Under the pieces are notes generated by a model. The model worked only from the letters and a program-made list of their open reading frames with translations, had not been told where the DNA came from and did no database searches. The translations under genes were made by a program, and so were the position numbers. DNA of 64,000 nt. Origin: Rhina ancylostomus (Eukaryota). Positions 26,439 to 41,300 of the stretch are shown in pieces (position 1 is the first letter of the stretch; each line of letters starts with the position of its first letter). The stretch covers positions 24,389,951 to 24,453,950 of the forward strand of contig JARFYF010000053.1 in the NCBI GenBank assembly GCA_030265395.1, in the 5' to 3' direction.

Positions 26439-26923
26439 NNNNNNNNNNNNNNNNNNNNNNNNNNNNNNNNNNNNNNNNNNNNNNNNNNNNNNNNNNNNNN
26501 NNNNNNNNNNNNNNNNNNNNNNNNNNNNNNNNNNNNNNNNNNNNNNNNNNNNNNNNNNNNNNNNNNNNNNNNNNNNNNNNNNNNNNNNNNNNNNNNNNNN
26601 NNNNNNNNNNNNNNNNNNNNNNNNNNNNNNNNNNNNNNNNNNNNNNNNNNNNNNNNNNNNNNNNNNNNNNNNNNNNNNNNNNNNNNNNNNNNNNNNNNNN
26701 NNNNNNNNNNNNNNNNNNNNNNNNNNNNNNNNNNNNNNNNNNNNNNNNNNNNNNNNNNNNNNNNNNNNNNNNNNNNNNNNNNNNNNNNNNNNNNNNNNNN
26801 NNNNNNNNNNNNNNNNNNNNNNNNNNNNNNNNNNNNNNNNNNNNNNNNNNNNNNNNNNNNNNNNNNNNNNNNNNNNNNNNNNNNNNNNNNNNNNNNNNNN
26901 NNNNNNNNNNNNNNNNNNNNNNN
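26439..26923. other. Assembly gap (largest); other gaps at 2243-2315, 5809-5818, 22115-22120, 36416-36515, 48242-48341, 49613-49712, 51692-51829, 56349-56680
   Basis: Runs of N. Confidence 1.
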
Positions 26924-29900
26924 CTCCATTGAGTCAGGAGTGTGAAGGTGTGTGTGGGGCTTCTGAACAAGGGTATTTGCTGCCTTGACAAAGAACATGT
27001 ATGACTTTTAATAGCAGCCACCCATTGCAGATTATCAGCAGGGCTGAAGTTGGCCTTGGCCATGTGCGCAGTGTTGAAATCTGGGATAAGACATGGTGAT
27101 GCCTGACATTTTCTGTTTAGTAAATTGATAAATAATTAGGTAGCAGAAAGAAATTTTCTAATGGTTCAGCAAGTTGTTGTTCTTGTACAATGTGAGACAG
27201 CTCTGTGGATTGTGCTGTCTTGGGGCTGCACCAATTTGAATTCCTGGTAGGCACTGACCTCAGTTGAGGTTATTGTCTGGAGATTGCAATCCATGGAGTA
27301 TCATTGATAAATGTCTGCAACCAATTTCTTTTGATACAAAACCAATTCAGTGGCTATGTATGTGTCTGCCTCTTTTATATGCACTTTGGATAGTGCCACT
27401 GTGGCAGTATAAATATAATTACAGAACTACCAGAAACCTGGAGAAGACTGCCAATAGGGTCCTCCTGTAGTACCTAAAATATCTACACCACTCTGGGACA
27501 AGAGAGAGGAGGAATTTGGTAATGAGACGTGTGTTCCCTGGTTAGGTTGACAAAGCAAGAAATTGACTTAGGATGCCATCTCACTGGATCCATTCCTGTA
27601 AAGATGGGAAATACTTGAGGATGACATCTCTTTTTAATACTATATAGCTTTGTAATTTAATGGCTAAGATCAGATGGTGACCGTTCATAGTGTTACCCAA
27701 ACTATACACTTCAGTTGTTGAATAACTTGCCTCCTGTTTCACTCAGTATAAATGCTGAGAGCAGCTGGGATGAAGCTGACCACTTCAGCTCCATGTCTGC
27801 GTGATCAACTTGGTGTTCTTTTCAATTATCATTATTAGTTCCACTTGTAAGGTCTTCAAAGAAGTCAATAAATATTTTTTAAAAAATTATCTACTTTTGA
27901 ATTTAGTGAACCTGCATGATGTTTATACACACAACTACAAACTCATAAATACTCTGAAAGACCAACCTTTAAGGAAATCCATTATGTCGTAGGGGGAGAA
28001 AATGATAAGCTCTTGGACAATACTCAAAAGCCCAAATGTATGTCTTTATTGCACACCTTACTGCATCTCAGATTTAAATAAGTTAACTGCATACCTAATA
28101 ATTAACTGTATTTTTAGTAGAAGGTAATTACTACATAATTAAAATGTGCATTTGGCAAGACAAGGCTAAATTTAGTTTGACAAGAAATATAAGGGGAATG
28201 TTACAACTGTCTGGAAAACAGGCATTGTCAAAAGGGGAACAGCTGTCTTTATTTTTAATAGAAGCTCCCATCCCTTTTGTTTCACCTTTCAAAAGAACTC
28301 AGTTTTGTGTCTTAAAAAGACACAAATAGCATTTTCTATTACTGGAAAGGAAGCAATGGATTCTATATTGAGTCATGTTCATTGAATTAATGACAACCAC
28401 TGATGCCAGAGCCACAAAAGATAAGAGCTTGAAATGAACCAAAGGAACTGGATCTTTCAAACAATCATTTTCTTTGTTCCTTTCTGTGCTCATCAACATG
28501 TGGGATGTCATTACTGGGAAATGAAACTACATCTTGAAATAATGGGCTGTGGATGTAATAAGAAACGGAGTCCCGGCTTATCGCTGGCACCTCTAACAAA
28601 ATAATACTCCAGTGTAACTCTGCAGTATATGATTTTGGGTGAAGCTGAAATCTTAAAGCAGTATTCAAAGCCTAGTACCTTTTTACTTTATTATATATGT
28701 GGCATTACTGAGATGCTGTTTGGCAGATTTACCATCAAAGGTGGCACATACCCCATAATTTTTGGCATGTGTTATAATTTTCTCCACTCCCCTTCTCTGA
28801 ATAACAGGGCTTAACCCAAATGTTCTTCAAATGGTAATGTGTTTCTAACACAGCAGCATGTTTCCAACTGCAGTGGATGGGCTCATTTTAGGTCTTTATG
28901 TTGGTTGGGTCATCCTAAAGGAGCATTATTGCCCCATACTTTGTAACATTCCCACAAATCCAGTTATGCTCCACTATGAAATGAATGGTGTGAATGACCC
29001 ACTCTAAGTTGTTAAAAAAAATTTGAAATAACTTGTGCTGAGAAATTACCTTAGGGATATTTGTTCCTAGCTATTATTTATTGGTAAACTACGATGCTCA
29101 CAAACTAAATACAAGCAACACAATGTCAAGACTTGTTACCATTTTAAACATTTTATTTTCAAGGAAAATGACTGGAATGGAATAAACATGACATTGAATT
29201 CTCAACCATAAAAAAAATGTAAAATTTAAAGCATCTTATTTTACAAAGTTTGAGCCTAATTTACTTCAGTAATGGTATTTGTTTAAATTGGAACTAGATT
29301 TTAATTAATTAACAAACTGCATATTTTTCAGTTACACAAATTTTGAAAATAGTTGAATCCCCTTTATTAAAACATCGTTGTTTTACTGTGAAATCATTCC
29401 TATTGAAGCTAGCTCCATTAATCAAGCTTGTGTTAAGACATTCATCATCTTCAAGAGAATTGTATATGCTGCTTCAGCTTGATTCCTGATCTGTAAAATT
29501 GGCATTTTCATTTTGATGTGTTACTCCTAGTTTAAAAAAAAATTAGAGGTCAAAACATTGAAACAAGTGCCTTTTAAAGACTAAAAGTTGAACATATTAC
29601 ACATTTATCAGCAGTAGAAAATTGCCAATAAATATGGAATGAGATCACTTTTAAAATGATGCAATTAGCACTTCATTTTAAAGTGATGCCCCTTATTAAT
29701 AGGTTTGTTTACTTCCATTCTTTGTACATGTGAACAAGTATGCCTAGAATTTGTACTTTAGATGAAAATGTATTTTAAAGGAACCTGATTTAAATCCTAC
29801 AACCAACTAGAAGCAATCTGTTTGCAATGTGTTCCTCTTTAAGCTCCGGCAAAGTGCCCTGGAATATTTTTAACCATGTAAAAGTCCCATATTGCTGGTA

Positions 29901-32900
29901 TCAGTGCTGTTACACTATGCAATAGCAACAGGAAGAATATATGACTGCTCCAGATTAATGAGATAAATCATGGGTTTATTATGCATCCTATGTATGGGTT
30001 CTTGGGAATGTGAGTAGGAAGTATCAAGACTGAATCCATCAGAGGCTCCATGTTTTGTATACATTTGGACACCTTCTCAATCATAGCTTTGGATGTTACT
30101 GTCTGACATTCTCTCTTAGTGTTACTTTGGGAATTTTTAAGAAAAGAGATTGTTACTGGGATCTCCTTTCGAAAGAAAAGTTGCTTTGATTTCCATCCTA
30201 ACTCGTTCATGGTTTTCAACAACCAATTCTTCAAAGGAGAATATTTGCATCTTTCTTTTTGGAAAAAGCATCAGCATTTCAAAACTATCTGTAGCCTTCG
30301 CAATTTCTCCCAGCTGGATAGAGCTTTAAAACCTTTGCCACAGAGCCCTATATTGTCACCTAATGAGGTAAATACAATTCAAAGGAGGGAGGAAAAGGAA
30401 AATGAATAATAAACTGCCTCCTCCCAGAACATAAAAATGTTCTTAAAAAAGAACGGTGAACTCTAGACATGAATTCTTTCTTTTTAAACAGGTTGCTGCT
30501 AAAGGTTTTCAAATGGTTATCTGTGCCTTTCATGTTAATTTCAAAAGCAACCAAGAAAATGGCCTTGTGTACACACTGAACAGTTGACAATGGTACAGTT
30601 ATCCCAGGGACTGATAAGTCCTGGTGCTAGTACTAAAGTAAACCTGAGCAATAACTTAAACATACAGAAATCCCACTTCATGCAATTTACACCATACTGG
30701 TAAACAGTCTTATGTGAAACTCGGATGCATAATTTTTGGAGCTGGTAATCCACTGAAAATGCCACTTGGTGAAATTTCAATTGTTAAGTTTGTAATGTGG
30801 TACTATATCAAAAGAGAAAAATAAACCCCCTCTTACTCCTGTATGTTATTGAATTTTTGGATTGTATTGAACAAAGCATATGTGTTTGAGCTCATGAGAA
30901 ATGAAAAGGGAACATTTTCTCACTCTTGCATGCTTGACATGATTATAAACGTGCACCAAAAATATGCTTGATACAAAGTTCCGTTGCATCAACAAAACAT
31001 GAGTTGAGGAGAGTATCGTTCACTTTATTTCTTCTAAATCTCCTTGCTTTGCTGATCAGTCATCACTATGGCTTCATCCAATGAGAATGCTTGATATACC
31101 AAACTTTTTTTAAAATACTCTATGAACAGCTGAGATTGTACAAATATACATCACATAAGATCGTTTACCAGCAGAGATGCATTATCTTCATTTTATTTGC
31201 CTTCACTAATTGCAAGCAAGATGTCTGATGTTCAGTTTGACAAAACGGTGTGCCGGCTGAGAATTATTCATCAGCAAAAAAACTGCACATTCCAAAAATC
31301 AGAAATACTGGAAATATTCAACAGATCTAGCAGCATCTGTTGTAACAGAGGCAGAGTGCATGTTTTGGGTCAATAACTATTCATCAGAACTGGGAATAGA
31401 GATGTAACTTAAAGATTCTCATCTTTCCCAGTTATGATGAAAGGTCATTTATTTCTTCTCAACAGATCAAGCAAACAGATCTTGTTATTTCCAGCATTTT
31501 CTGTTTAGTTTAACAATACTGCAATGAAGAATTTTCAAAGTGTGAGTTTGCATTACGCAAGAGGCCATGGAATTAAAGGATAAAACACTGAGTACAGGTC
31601 CTATTCAAATAGTTAGTTCTTCATATCAAGCACGTGCATCTACAGCATGTTGCCACAAGAAATCCCCAGACCAGACATGTTAGCCACAAAGCTCCAGATA
31701 GTTGGAAAGTGAGGCAGGCCATATACACATGAAAGAGGCCTTTGTCTTACTTTGATTGTAGCTCTTTCTGAAAGAATGATGATCCTCCAACTTTTTCTAA
31801 ATTCACAAGAAATACACTTGAGTTAACTCGTTGGTGGAATACTTAACATCTTCATTCAAACATAAATGTAACTAGCAGACATTCCACTCCATATAAAAAA
31901 AAAGTGCACCAATTTAACAGTTTCAAATATATTTTGATTTGAAAGGATGGGAAAAGCAAGCTCTTGTCTAGCACTGTTAATTGATGTTTTATGATGAAAT
32001 GTATATTACTACTGTTCTTCAGATGGTAACATTCAAATTAAAGATCAAATAGTCATCAGAATGGATCACTATGCTAAACATTGAGAATGAATAATTAGAC
32101 TATTTAAATTTTTGGAAAACATCTGAAGTTATCTGGCTTTATTCTCAAGATGAAAGATGGATTGTATTTTGTGGTGCAAAACAAAATTGGCACCTTATTA
32201 TGATGCTAAAGTGCACAATCTGCATTTACATTGATAAAATGCTTATAACCAAAGCTTCTGTTATTGTAACAACCAGTATATAGTAATAATACATTATACC
32301 AGTAATGATACATGGTATTAACTGGACACTTGTTCCAGCTATATTCTCTCTGCATTTTGATTCTTAATGTTTTAAAGCAGTCATTTAATGTTTGATTGGA
32401 ACCACCTGGCCAATGGAGGTTCAATATTAATTTTATTGTATCAAGTGTGTTTTAACATGAGAGAAAAGCAGCATGTATTAGCTTTCATCTTTACAAAAAA
32501 TGTTCCTATGACCTATTTCAAGTTGTAACATGGGAACTGGAAGATTAAAATTGCCTCATTCAAATAAATTATCATATCTGTTCAAACAACGTGGTACTAC
32601 AACAGCATAGAATTGGGAGTCTGTCTAGTCACATTTCATTTCTCACTCTCTCTACCTCTTGGTAAACATTCTCTATTACCAGTTTACATGGAAATTACCC
32701 AAAGTGAACACTTTTACATTTTCATGCAGGGCATGCCATAAAAATGGGAAAGTAAAATTAACAACTGATTGAAAAGAGATCCTAGCGTCAACGTTATTAT
32801 TCACTGATGTTGATATTACAACATCCTTTGGATTCATAAACCTCAACTTTCTCTTCCACTGGTGACGTGAAGCAGGAAATGACTGACAGCATTAAAACCT

Positions 32901-33837
32901 GTATGTACCAGAAACTTGAAACTTAAATTATGCCACAAAGCCCATGTCCCCACCTTTTCCAAACGGACATTGGAACTGAAGAACTGGAACACAAGTGTAA
33001 ATGAAAATTGGACAACATGGGGATGCTTGTGTGAATTCAACCCGCATCACTGAAAAATGTGCATTTTCAGGATCTGTTGTTTTATTTCTAAAATTATACC
33101 ATTGTTAACTTGTTTTATAAAATGAAGGCAGTGTGGAGCTGGCAAATATAGTTAAGCTCCTGTTTTCACAGACTGAACTGAAAGTTTGCAATAAAAAGAA
33201 TGCTTAAAAATACTCAACATAATTCTGTTCATTGGAAGCTTCTCTCCCCACAGATGCAACCTGAGATGTGGAGTATTTTCAGCATTTTTCACTTATTTCA
33301 AATTTCCAATACTAAACTTTTATTTTATTACAAATTTGCACTGAATTTTTCACATGGTCATCTCCTAACTTGCTGTTACTGAACCCACTATTCCCTGGAT
33401 TAGAGAAGTGTGGCAGTGGCTTTTGGGGCAATGGTGGAAGGATTTCTGATACCACTTTTGGAGAGAAAGTACTTTGATAATGAGCATCTTTCTTGCCCTT
33501 TTCAGTTCCCACGTATCAACTTTGGGGCTTTTAAGGGATCTTGAGATATTACCTTACAGTGATGGGCTAAATGTTGGTGGCAAGGATTCCATTCTGCAAT
33601 CTGAACAATGCCGGACAGGGATTGCCAGCTAATGTCTCACTGTAGTCTAATCAGCAACATTTGAAGAGCCATCAACCCTATGTCCAAGTACAGCTCCACA
33701 TATTGATCTAGTTGTACAGGAGCCTGAAAGGATGAGCACTTAATCATTTTATTTGCCTAAAGAGAGTAGGTGAAATGATAAAGAAAGATCAGCTGCAAAA
33801 CATATTGGAAAGTGCATTTTAAAGCATATGAGGTAAT

Positions 33838-35315
33838 TATTTGGCAGACATTTTTAACCTCTCCCTGCTTCAATCTGAGGTTCCCACCTGCTTTAAGACC
33901 ACTCTCATCCCAGTACCTAAGAAAAACAAGGTAACATGCCTTAATGACTACTGCCCAGTGGATCTGACATCCACCATCATGAAGTACTTTGAGAGGCTGG
34001 TCATGACACACATTAACTCCAGCCTCCCAGACAACCTCGACCCACTGCAATTTGCCTACCATCGAAACAGGTTTACAATGGATGCCATCTCCCTGGCCCT
34101 ACAATCATCTCTGGAGTATTTGGACAGTAAAGACACCTACAATAGACTATTGTTTATGGTCTATAGCTTCATATTCAATGCTATAATTCCAAGCAAACCC
34201 CTCACCAAACTCTGAGACCTGGGACTCAACACGTCCCTCTGCAATTCTTTATTTCCTGACCAACAGACCACAATCATTAAGGATCGGCGGCAGCAACAAC
34301 TCTGGTGTGATTATTTTCAACATTGGTGCCCCACAAGGCTGTGCAACTCAGCCCCCTACTCTACTCCCTATACATATGACAGTGGGGCCAGATTCTGCTC
34401 TAACACCATCTATAAGTTTGCAGATGATTCCACTATAGTGCGCTGTATATCAAAAAATGATGAGTCAAAGTATAGGAAAGAGATAGGGAGCTTAGTTACG
34501 TGGTGTCATGATGACAACAACCACTTCCCTCAATGTCAGCAAAACAAAAGAGCTGGTCATTGACTTCAGGAAGGGGGCAGTGCACATGCACCTGTCTATA
34601 ATCGACGGTGCCGAGGTTGAGAGAGTGTAGAGCTTCAAGTTCCTAGGAATGAACATCACCAACAGCCTGTCCTGTTCAATCACGTAGATGCCATAGCCTA
34701 GAAAGCTTACCAGTGCCTCTACTTCCTCAGAGGGCTAAAGAAATTTGGCATGTCCCCTTTGACATTCACCAACTTCTATCAATGCACCATAGAAAGCATC
34801 CTATCTGGATGCATCAGGGCTTGGTATGATGATTGCTCTGCCCACGACCACAAGAAACTGCAGAGTTGTGGACTCTCAGCACATCATGGAAACAAGCCTC
34901 CCCTCCATGAAATCTATCTTTACTCCTCGCTGCCTTGGTAAAGCAGCCAGCATAATCAAACACCCCTCCCACTGGGACATTCTCTCTTCTCTCCTCTCCC
35001 ATCAGACAGAAGATGCAAAAGCCTGAAAACACACACCACCAGGCTCAGGCAGGTTCTATCCCACTGTTACAAGACTATTAAATAGTTCCCTAGTACAATA
35101 AGATGGCCTAATAACCTCACAATCTACCTCGTTATAACCTTGCACCTTATTGTCTACCTGCATTGCACTTTCTCTGCAGCTATGACACCTTGCATTCTGT
35201 ATTGTTTTACCCTGTACAACCTCAATGCACTATGTAATGAATTGATTCAAATGAACTGTATGCAAGGCAAGTTTTTCCACTGTACCTTGGTACAAGTGAC
35301 AATAATAAACCAATA
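33838..35315 (+). mobile_element. Rex1/Babar-type non-LTR retrotransposon, 5'-truncated and decayed, with 3' UTR
   Basis: [27 protein letters not shown]...LDPLQFAY...GAPQGC...KFADD...TFTNFYQCTIESIL across frameshifts; tail ends aataataaacc. Confidence 0.88.
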
Positions 35316-38300
35316 CTCTGCAAGAGCTGAAACTGAACTCACCAAATCAGCAATTACAGCACAAACAGGCTGTTGTGTTGGAGGGGGAAAGGAGCTCCAT
35401 CTGATGTTCAACTGGCCTTGCACAACTTAAAACTTGTGCCTGGCTCTCCCTCAATAGGTGATCTACAACTCAAACACAAACCATTCCCTTTGATATTTTA
35501 AGCCTCAATCAGATTGTCCTGTCTATGAATACGCGTAGACATTATGTGCCTTCACAATTAAGGTGAATTAACTGAGCTGTCCTCCTCTGAATACTGTTGA
35601 AAGCATCTCACAGCACACGTGGACACGAAAACGGGGCAGTTTTCCAAATGAGATTTGAAGAGGATACTGAGACTTACAAGGATGCTTCAGAGGCTGGAGA
35701 ACTTTTGTAATCTGGATAGACTGATCAGGCTGGAGTTCTTCAAAATACAGGAAGCTACAGGAGGATTTAATCAAGGTGTATTGAATTTTGAGACCTAGAC
35801 GGTGAATAGGAAAGATCTACCTCCCTCAGGAGTGAGGTAAATAATTAAGAGGCACTTATTTAAAGTTAGAAAGATTAGAGAGGCTTTACAGAATTATTTT
35901 TTCATCCAAAGAGTGGTGAAGATGTGGAACTGTTCCTGGAAGCCTGAGAGAGGCAGAACCTCTCACCACATTCACAGATGGACATTGGAAGCACAGGGGT
36001 ACAGACCAAGTGCCGGGAAGTGGAATTAAACTGAACAGCTCTTTTCATCTGGCAATGACACCATGGGACAAAAAGTGCAATAAATTTCTAAGGCTCAGAT
36101 TTTCTACAAGGACAAAACAGGATGCTTTGCTTCGTGGTGTATCGTTTTGTAAATACCCTGGTACTTCATTAACTCAGTGGCATGACTGCAACCTGGAAGA
36201 GACTGGGAACGTGTTATTCATTATTCAGAATGTGGCAAGGGCAGTGTTCATTGCCCATCCCAGACTACTCGTCTTCTTGAACTTCTGTAGTCCTTCTGGT
36301 GAAGAAACATCCAATGTGCTTCTGGTAGGGAATTCCAGGATTTAAACCCAGCGGGGAAGGAACAGTGATGTATTTCCAAATCCAGACAGAGACACAAGGG
36401 GCTGCAGATGCTGGANNNNNNNNNNNNNNNNNNNNNNNNNNNNNNNNNNNNNNNNNNNNNNNNNNNNNNNNNNNNNNNNNNNNNNNNNNNNNNNNNNNNN
36501 NNNNNNNNNNNNNNNAAGACAAAATTACTATAAATTACAAAATAAACAGAGCAAAAAAAATAATGAGGTAGTGTTCATAGACTGTTTAGAAATCAAATTT
36601 CTTAGAAATCAAACCAGTTAGAAGGCAGAGGGGAAGAAGCTGTTTCTAAATTGCGAGTGTGAATGTGTAAGTGACTTTATAATCACCAAGTGAGTTTACT
36701 CACTGCATTTATACTTTTGTCATTTATTCTTCAACAGCTATGGATGGTAAGCAAAGACTTTAGCTACCAATTTTACCCACTGACAAGGGAGCTGCTGAAC
36801 AAACATCAAGGCAGATATTGTTATTGTAACCGCCACCTCTTGCTCACTGACCTTCAAGTTAAAATTGTGAAAACATTAGCAAGCAGCTTTCCAACTGTTA
36901 AAGCTATGCTTTCAGAAACCAGCATGAGGAATTCGTGGAAAAGTGCCTGGTACCAAAATGTTGATGGCTCAAGCAGGTGGAACTTTAATGCAGGGGACAC
37001 CCAGAGGTACAAAATTATTCCTGATCCAGTGCAAAATCTACAAAAGTACACTGACTGTATGTTGTACTCAATTCAGAAATTTAGTTTGACTGAATATCTA
37101 GTTCAAACCAGAATTTAAATTTTATTTGCTAAAGATTTGGTTCCACAGAAGATTGTTTTTATTGGAACCTAGAATATTTTGAATTGTAATATACAAGCAT
37201 TTTCTGGTTCAAGTGCCAGAAAATCATCAATAAAATAAAGGTGTTCTACCTTTTAATCAAAAACTGGTATCTCCTGGAAAGATTGGAGATATTATAACCA
37301 CATAGATTTCCAGGCAAATTAAACTAAATGTGTTAGCACTCGTATTAAAAGAGAAAATGAAGGAGTAGCAAGCAAGTACATTAAACATTTGTTGTTCAAT
37401 TGTTATCAGCAGAATGATGTAAATTCTACTGTTATTTTTCAGATTATAGAAAAGGTTTGTTTCCTTCTGCTAGGAATAAAAACATTATACTGCAATCATT
37501 AAAAGGTTAGATGGCTAAAAATGTGATTTCTGGAGGAACAGTCATGTGCCTTTGTACATTCAACTACTTGCCTTGGGTTTTTGAATGGGGTCATTGGTAA
37601 TCATTATAGTCATCACAGGCTTTAATGTATTGATCACCTCATGGATATTGACAGCTATAACATGGATGCTATCGGCATTCCTCATGGTCCTTAAGGCACA
37701 ATTTGTATAAAGAAACAGTAAGGTTACATATGATGGCCAAACACCATGGCTCACAACAGATCAGCCAATTGTCCCACAACGTACATTGCCAATGTGCACC
37801 ATTATGGAGTGTATTTGTGCAAAATAAACAAGGGTCATGTTCACTTCCACATCCGCACTTTATTTCTAAGTCTTGGCATTCAGCCAATGCAATTGCATTA
37901 ATGTAGAATACGAACAATTAATGCATACTATCAGGAGAAATTAAATCATTGGAAATTGCTCTGAGGATAATAAAGCTTAAAGTTGGATATGGCTCAATAC
38001 CTTGCAGGGAAATTAAAAACATTTACCATGCATCTTTGTATGTTACTTGATTTGTACATTGTCTTTCGGGATGAACGTTACAAGGTAAATAAGAGATATC
38101 AGAAATTTCGGTTAACTAGACATAAGTTCAATATTCCAGAGAATCCAAAGCTTCTTGCATTTATCTCTGTTCAAAAATCAAAATCTTTGAGGCAAGGTAA
38201 TATCCCTGTGAATCTTAAAACCTTTGCCTTGTTTCTCTACCACCAGTAATGTATGAAAAGAATAATTCAGAAAGCTTTCAATTCCCCTATCTGATTAATT

Positions 38301-41300
38301 CCTATAGATAGCTTCCGATTACAGTGGAGAAAAATGTTTGCAGAATGACAAGCTGGAACAGAATTTTAGAAGCACAGTTTAATTTATGCCACTATATTGT
38401 GTTTTGCATTGTGCACTTTTCATATTGGAAAACACATCTTTTTTCACTTCATTAATGTTTGTTGGTTTAGGCAACTAATAAATCTTCTCTCATCAGTGAG
38501 CATACAAATTAAAACCTGACAAATGTGCTGAGTGTTTTAACATATGGCCTGAAACAATATTGATGCACTAATAGTTGAAAGCAGTTCCACTTTACAAGTA
38601 TTGGATATACAGTATACATCTGAAAGCTATTCACACAACTTCGTGCATCAATATACAAAGACCTGGTTTGATGTGTACATTTGCTTTGGAATGGGGAGGA
38701 AACCAAAACACTTGGAGAAAATCTGCACAGTCACAAGGAAAATGTGCAAACTCCATACAGTTGGTATGGGAGGTCAGTGGAGCTGTGAGGCAGCAGCTCT
38801 AATTGTGGCACAGTGCTATTAGTAGAGCTGTTTTTGTACAACTTAGGCCAATGTATGCATACAGATCCAAATTACAGTGGCCAGTTATATTGATGGTGAA
38901 ACTATCAGCACTCTGTTATTATACCATGGAGTTACTTGTATCGCTTACATTTTTAAATGGGGAGGTCCAGCAGTTTCTGATCATGATCCCCTGTCCCCTA
39001 TAAGTGGTGTTTTGCAACCTTCTCCAACATAATCACCAAAAATCAATAAGTTGAAAATGTCAGGTATTTACAAACCAGTCTGCTGTACAATACTCTGAAA
39101 ATGGTAAGCCTTGTGGAAGGAGGTGTAAGTGGGTTTTTAATGGTATACTATCATCAGCGTTGCTTTACAAATCATATGACCTTAAAGAATGTTAAACGTG
39201 GATTATACTTTTTTTATTTGAATAAGTTTGACATTTCTGCTTCCTCCACAATCTTGTATGTTTGTTCCAATCACCATTTTGCTTATTAGGCTTATTAAAT
39301 TTGCTAATAATCAGAACACTTAATTTTCCTGATTTTTTTGTAACTATAAGCATTCTTCAATGTGTTTGGTTGCTCATGCTAAGATTGCCAAACAGGTTGA
39401 CACCTGACACCAAATGATGTCAGAAAAATGAAAGTTCATGTGTAAAGATCATGGTGGAAAGTTTCTTCATAGTCGGTGAGTAGCATTGTGACCCCACCAC
39501 TGAGACCAAATCCAGGCTAGTGATTCAGCTTGTCTAAAAGATAGAAATCTTGTGTCTTTTGTTTTCTTGGGATACATTTTACTGTAACCTTTAGAAAGGG
39601 AAGTCTACGCAAGTGACAATAGGGAAATAAATTATTATTTGTGCTTCTTGTCCAAGTTTTGTTGGTCCCAATCAATAGTTGTGGCAGAGTGATGAAGGAT
39701 CAGTGGAAAGGTGGACTTAAGACCTAGGATCAGTTGAGGTCTTGTTGAATGGAAAGCAGTCTATAATGTCTACTCCTGCTTTTATTTATTTCGTAATGTT
39801 TTGAAATGATTAATATGGAATTGAGGTACAATTAACCAAGCATTTGGGGCAACAGATTTGTGCTTAATTACCAAAGAGCAAATATCAATATTATTCTCAT
39901 GAGCCTTCACAATGCATATTTATTTGCAGAGATGAGTTGATGGGGGTTAAAAAAAAACCTTGCTCATTGGAAACAGCTTAAACTGTTACTACTTGTCATC
40001 ATTTAATCATACTTTTAGCATCCACCCATGTAATGTCATGTACGCTTGAAGTCGATTCAAGTATTATGCGTTCCCATGGAATCAGATTTAGGCAGAAGGT
40101 GATCAGGCTGAGGTCCTCCCAAGCCTCAGGCTATGTGCCTGCGCTGCTGTGGAGAAGATGTATAATGGCAGAAGCAGTTGACCCCTGCTCAAAAAAATTG
40201 GAAAGTATGTCATAGATCATAAAAGCAAGTAGCCTGCATTTTATAAAGAATGTAGTTTTGACAACTGCTTGCTATCGGGTAGGAGTAGAATAGGTCTCTT
40301 GTCTGACAATATTCTACCTAAGTGAGCAAGACCACACATTTGAAGTCCAGGAATCAGTCAAAGTGGGGCCAGGGTCCCATTCAGTGTGAATGTCCTTTCC
40401 ACTAGAATCATTGAAGCAATGAAACATTGATTTCAATGTACTTGGGAAGCTGAGTTTGAACTATTACTGTAGATTAATATAGTTTTTAATGTTGTAAATC
40501 TTTAAATGAAGATTTCAGAGCCCATATGGAATGGTTGTGATCTCCCTGTAAAATCCAACCCACTGGAACCAAAGTTTAGGTGCAGAATACAACACAGTCA
40601 TTAAATGCCACTACCACCAGGGTAGGTGACACTGGGAAAGAATGGGATTCACAAAAACAGAAATACTGAAACTCCACTAGTTAAGTAGCATCTACGGCAA
40701 GAGAAAACCAGCCAATATTTTGGGTAAGTGATCCTCCTTTAGCTGGCGGAACTATAGTTAATCTCCACTGAATGTGCCTTTAACTCCATGCTGAAGCAAC
40801 ACAAAACTTAAAAGTATTCCAACGTTTCTACCTTGTCATGCCATGAGGAACTGTCCTGTAATGAACTTCTAAGATGGGTAATCAGCTGAAAGGAAATCCT
40901 GAAGAAGCTTTTTATACAAACTCTGGCAACTTGCAAGAAGATACAGATAGGACTGACCCCTTGTATACATGGGAACACATTCATTCCAGTGATCAGTTGT
41001 GTTTCAAATCACTTAAAGTTAAAGGGAACTGTAGAAGGGGGCTGAGTGCCTGTACAGATGGGGATGTGCTCCTTCACGTAATCACCAGAGTGGATTCTTC
41101 TCAGTTTCATTTAAAGAATGACACGAGTTAAAATTACAAGTTAAAGCTGTGCAAGGATATCCGAATACAAAAGTTAAATTGGTGCATAATGTTTTGTAGT
41201 ATCAAATCTTCTGTAGCTTCTAGAAATAAATGCTTTAATTATTTTTTATTTTTAATATTTGCTCAGTCTTAATAAAAATTTTTGAAGGGTTCTGGGTTGA

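Noticed and set aside
26279-27063. ORFs over 200 aa spanning N runs (also 51641-52192 and 56263-56864)
   Set aside because: Their length is an artefact of translating through assembly gaps
36690-37118. 142-aa plus-strand ORF
   Set aside because: GTG start, no recognisable motif and no supporting exon chain; compatible with chance
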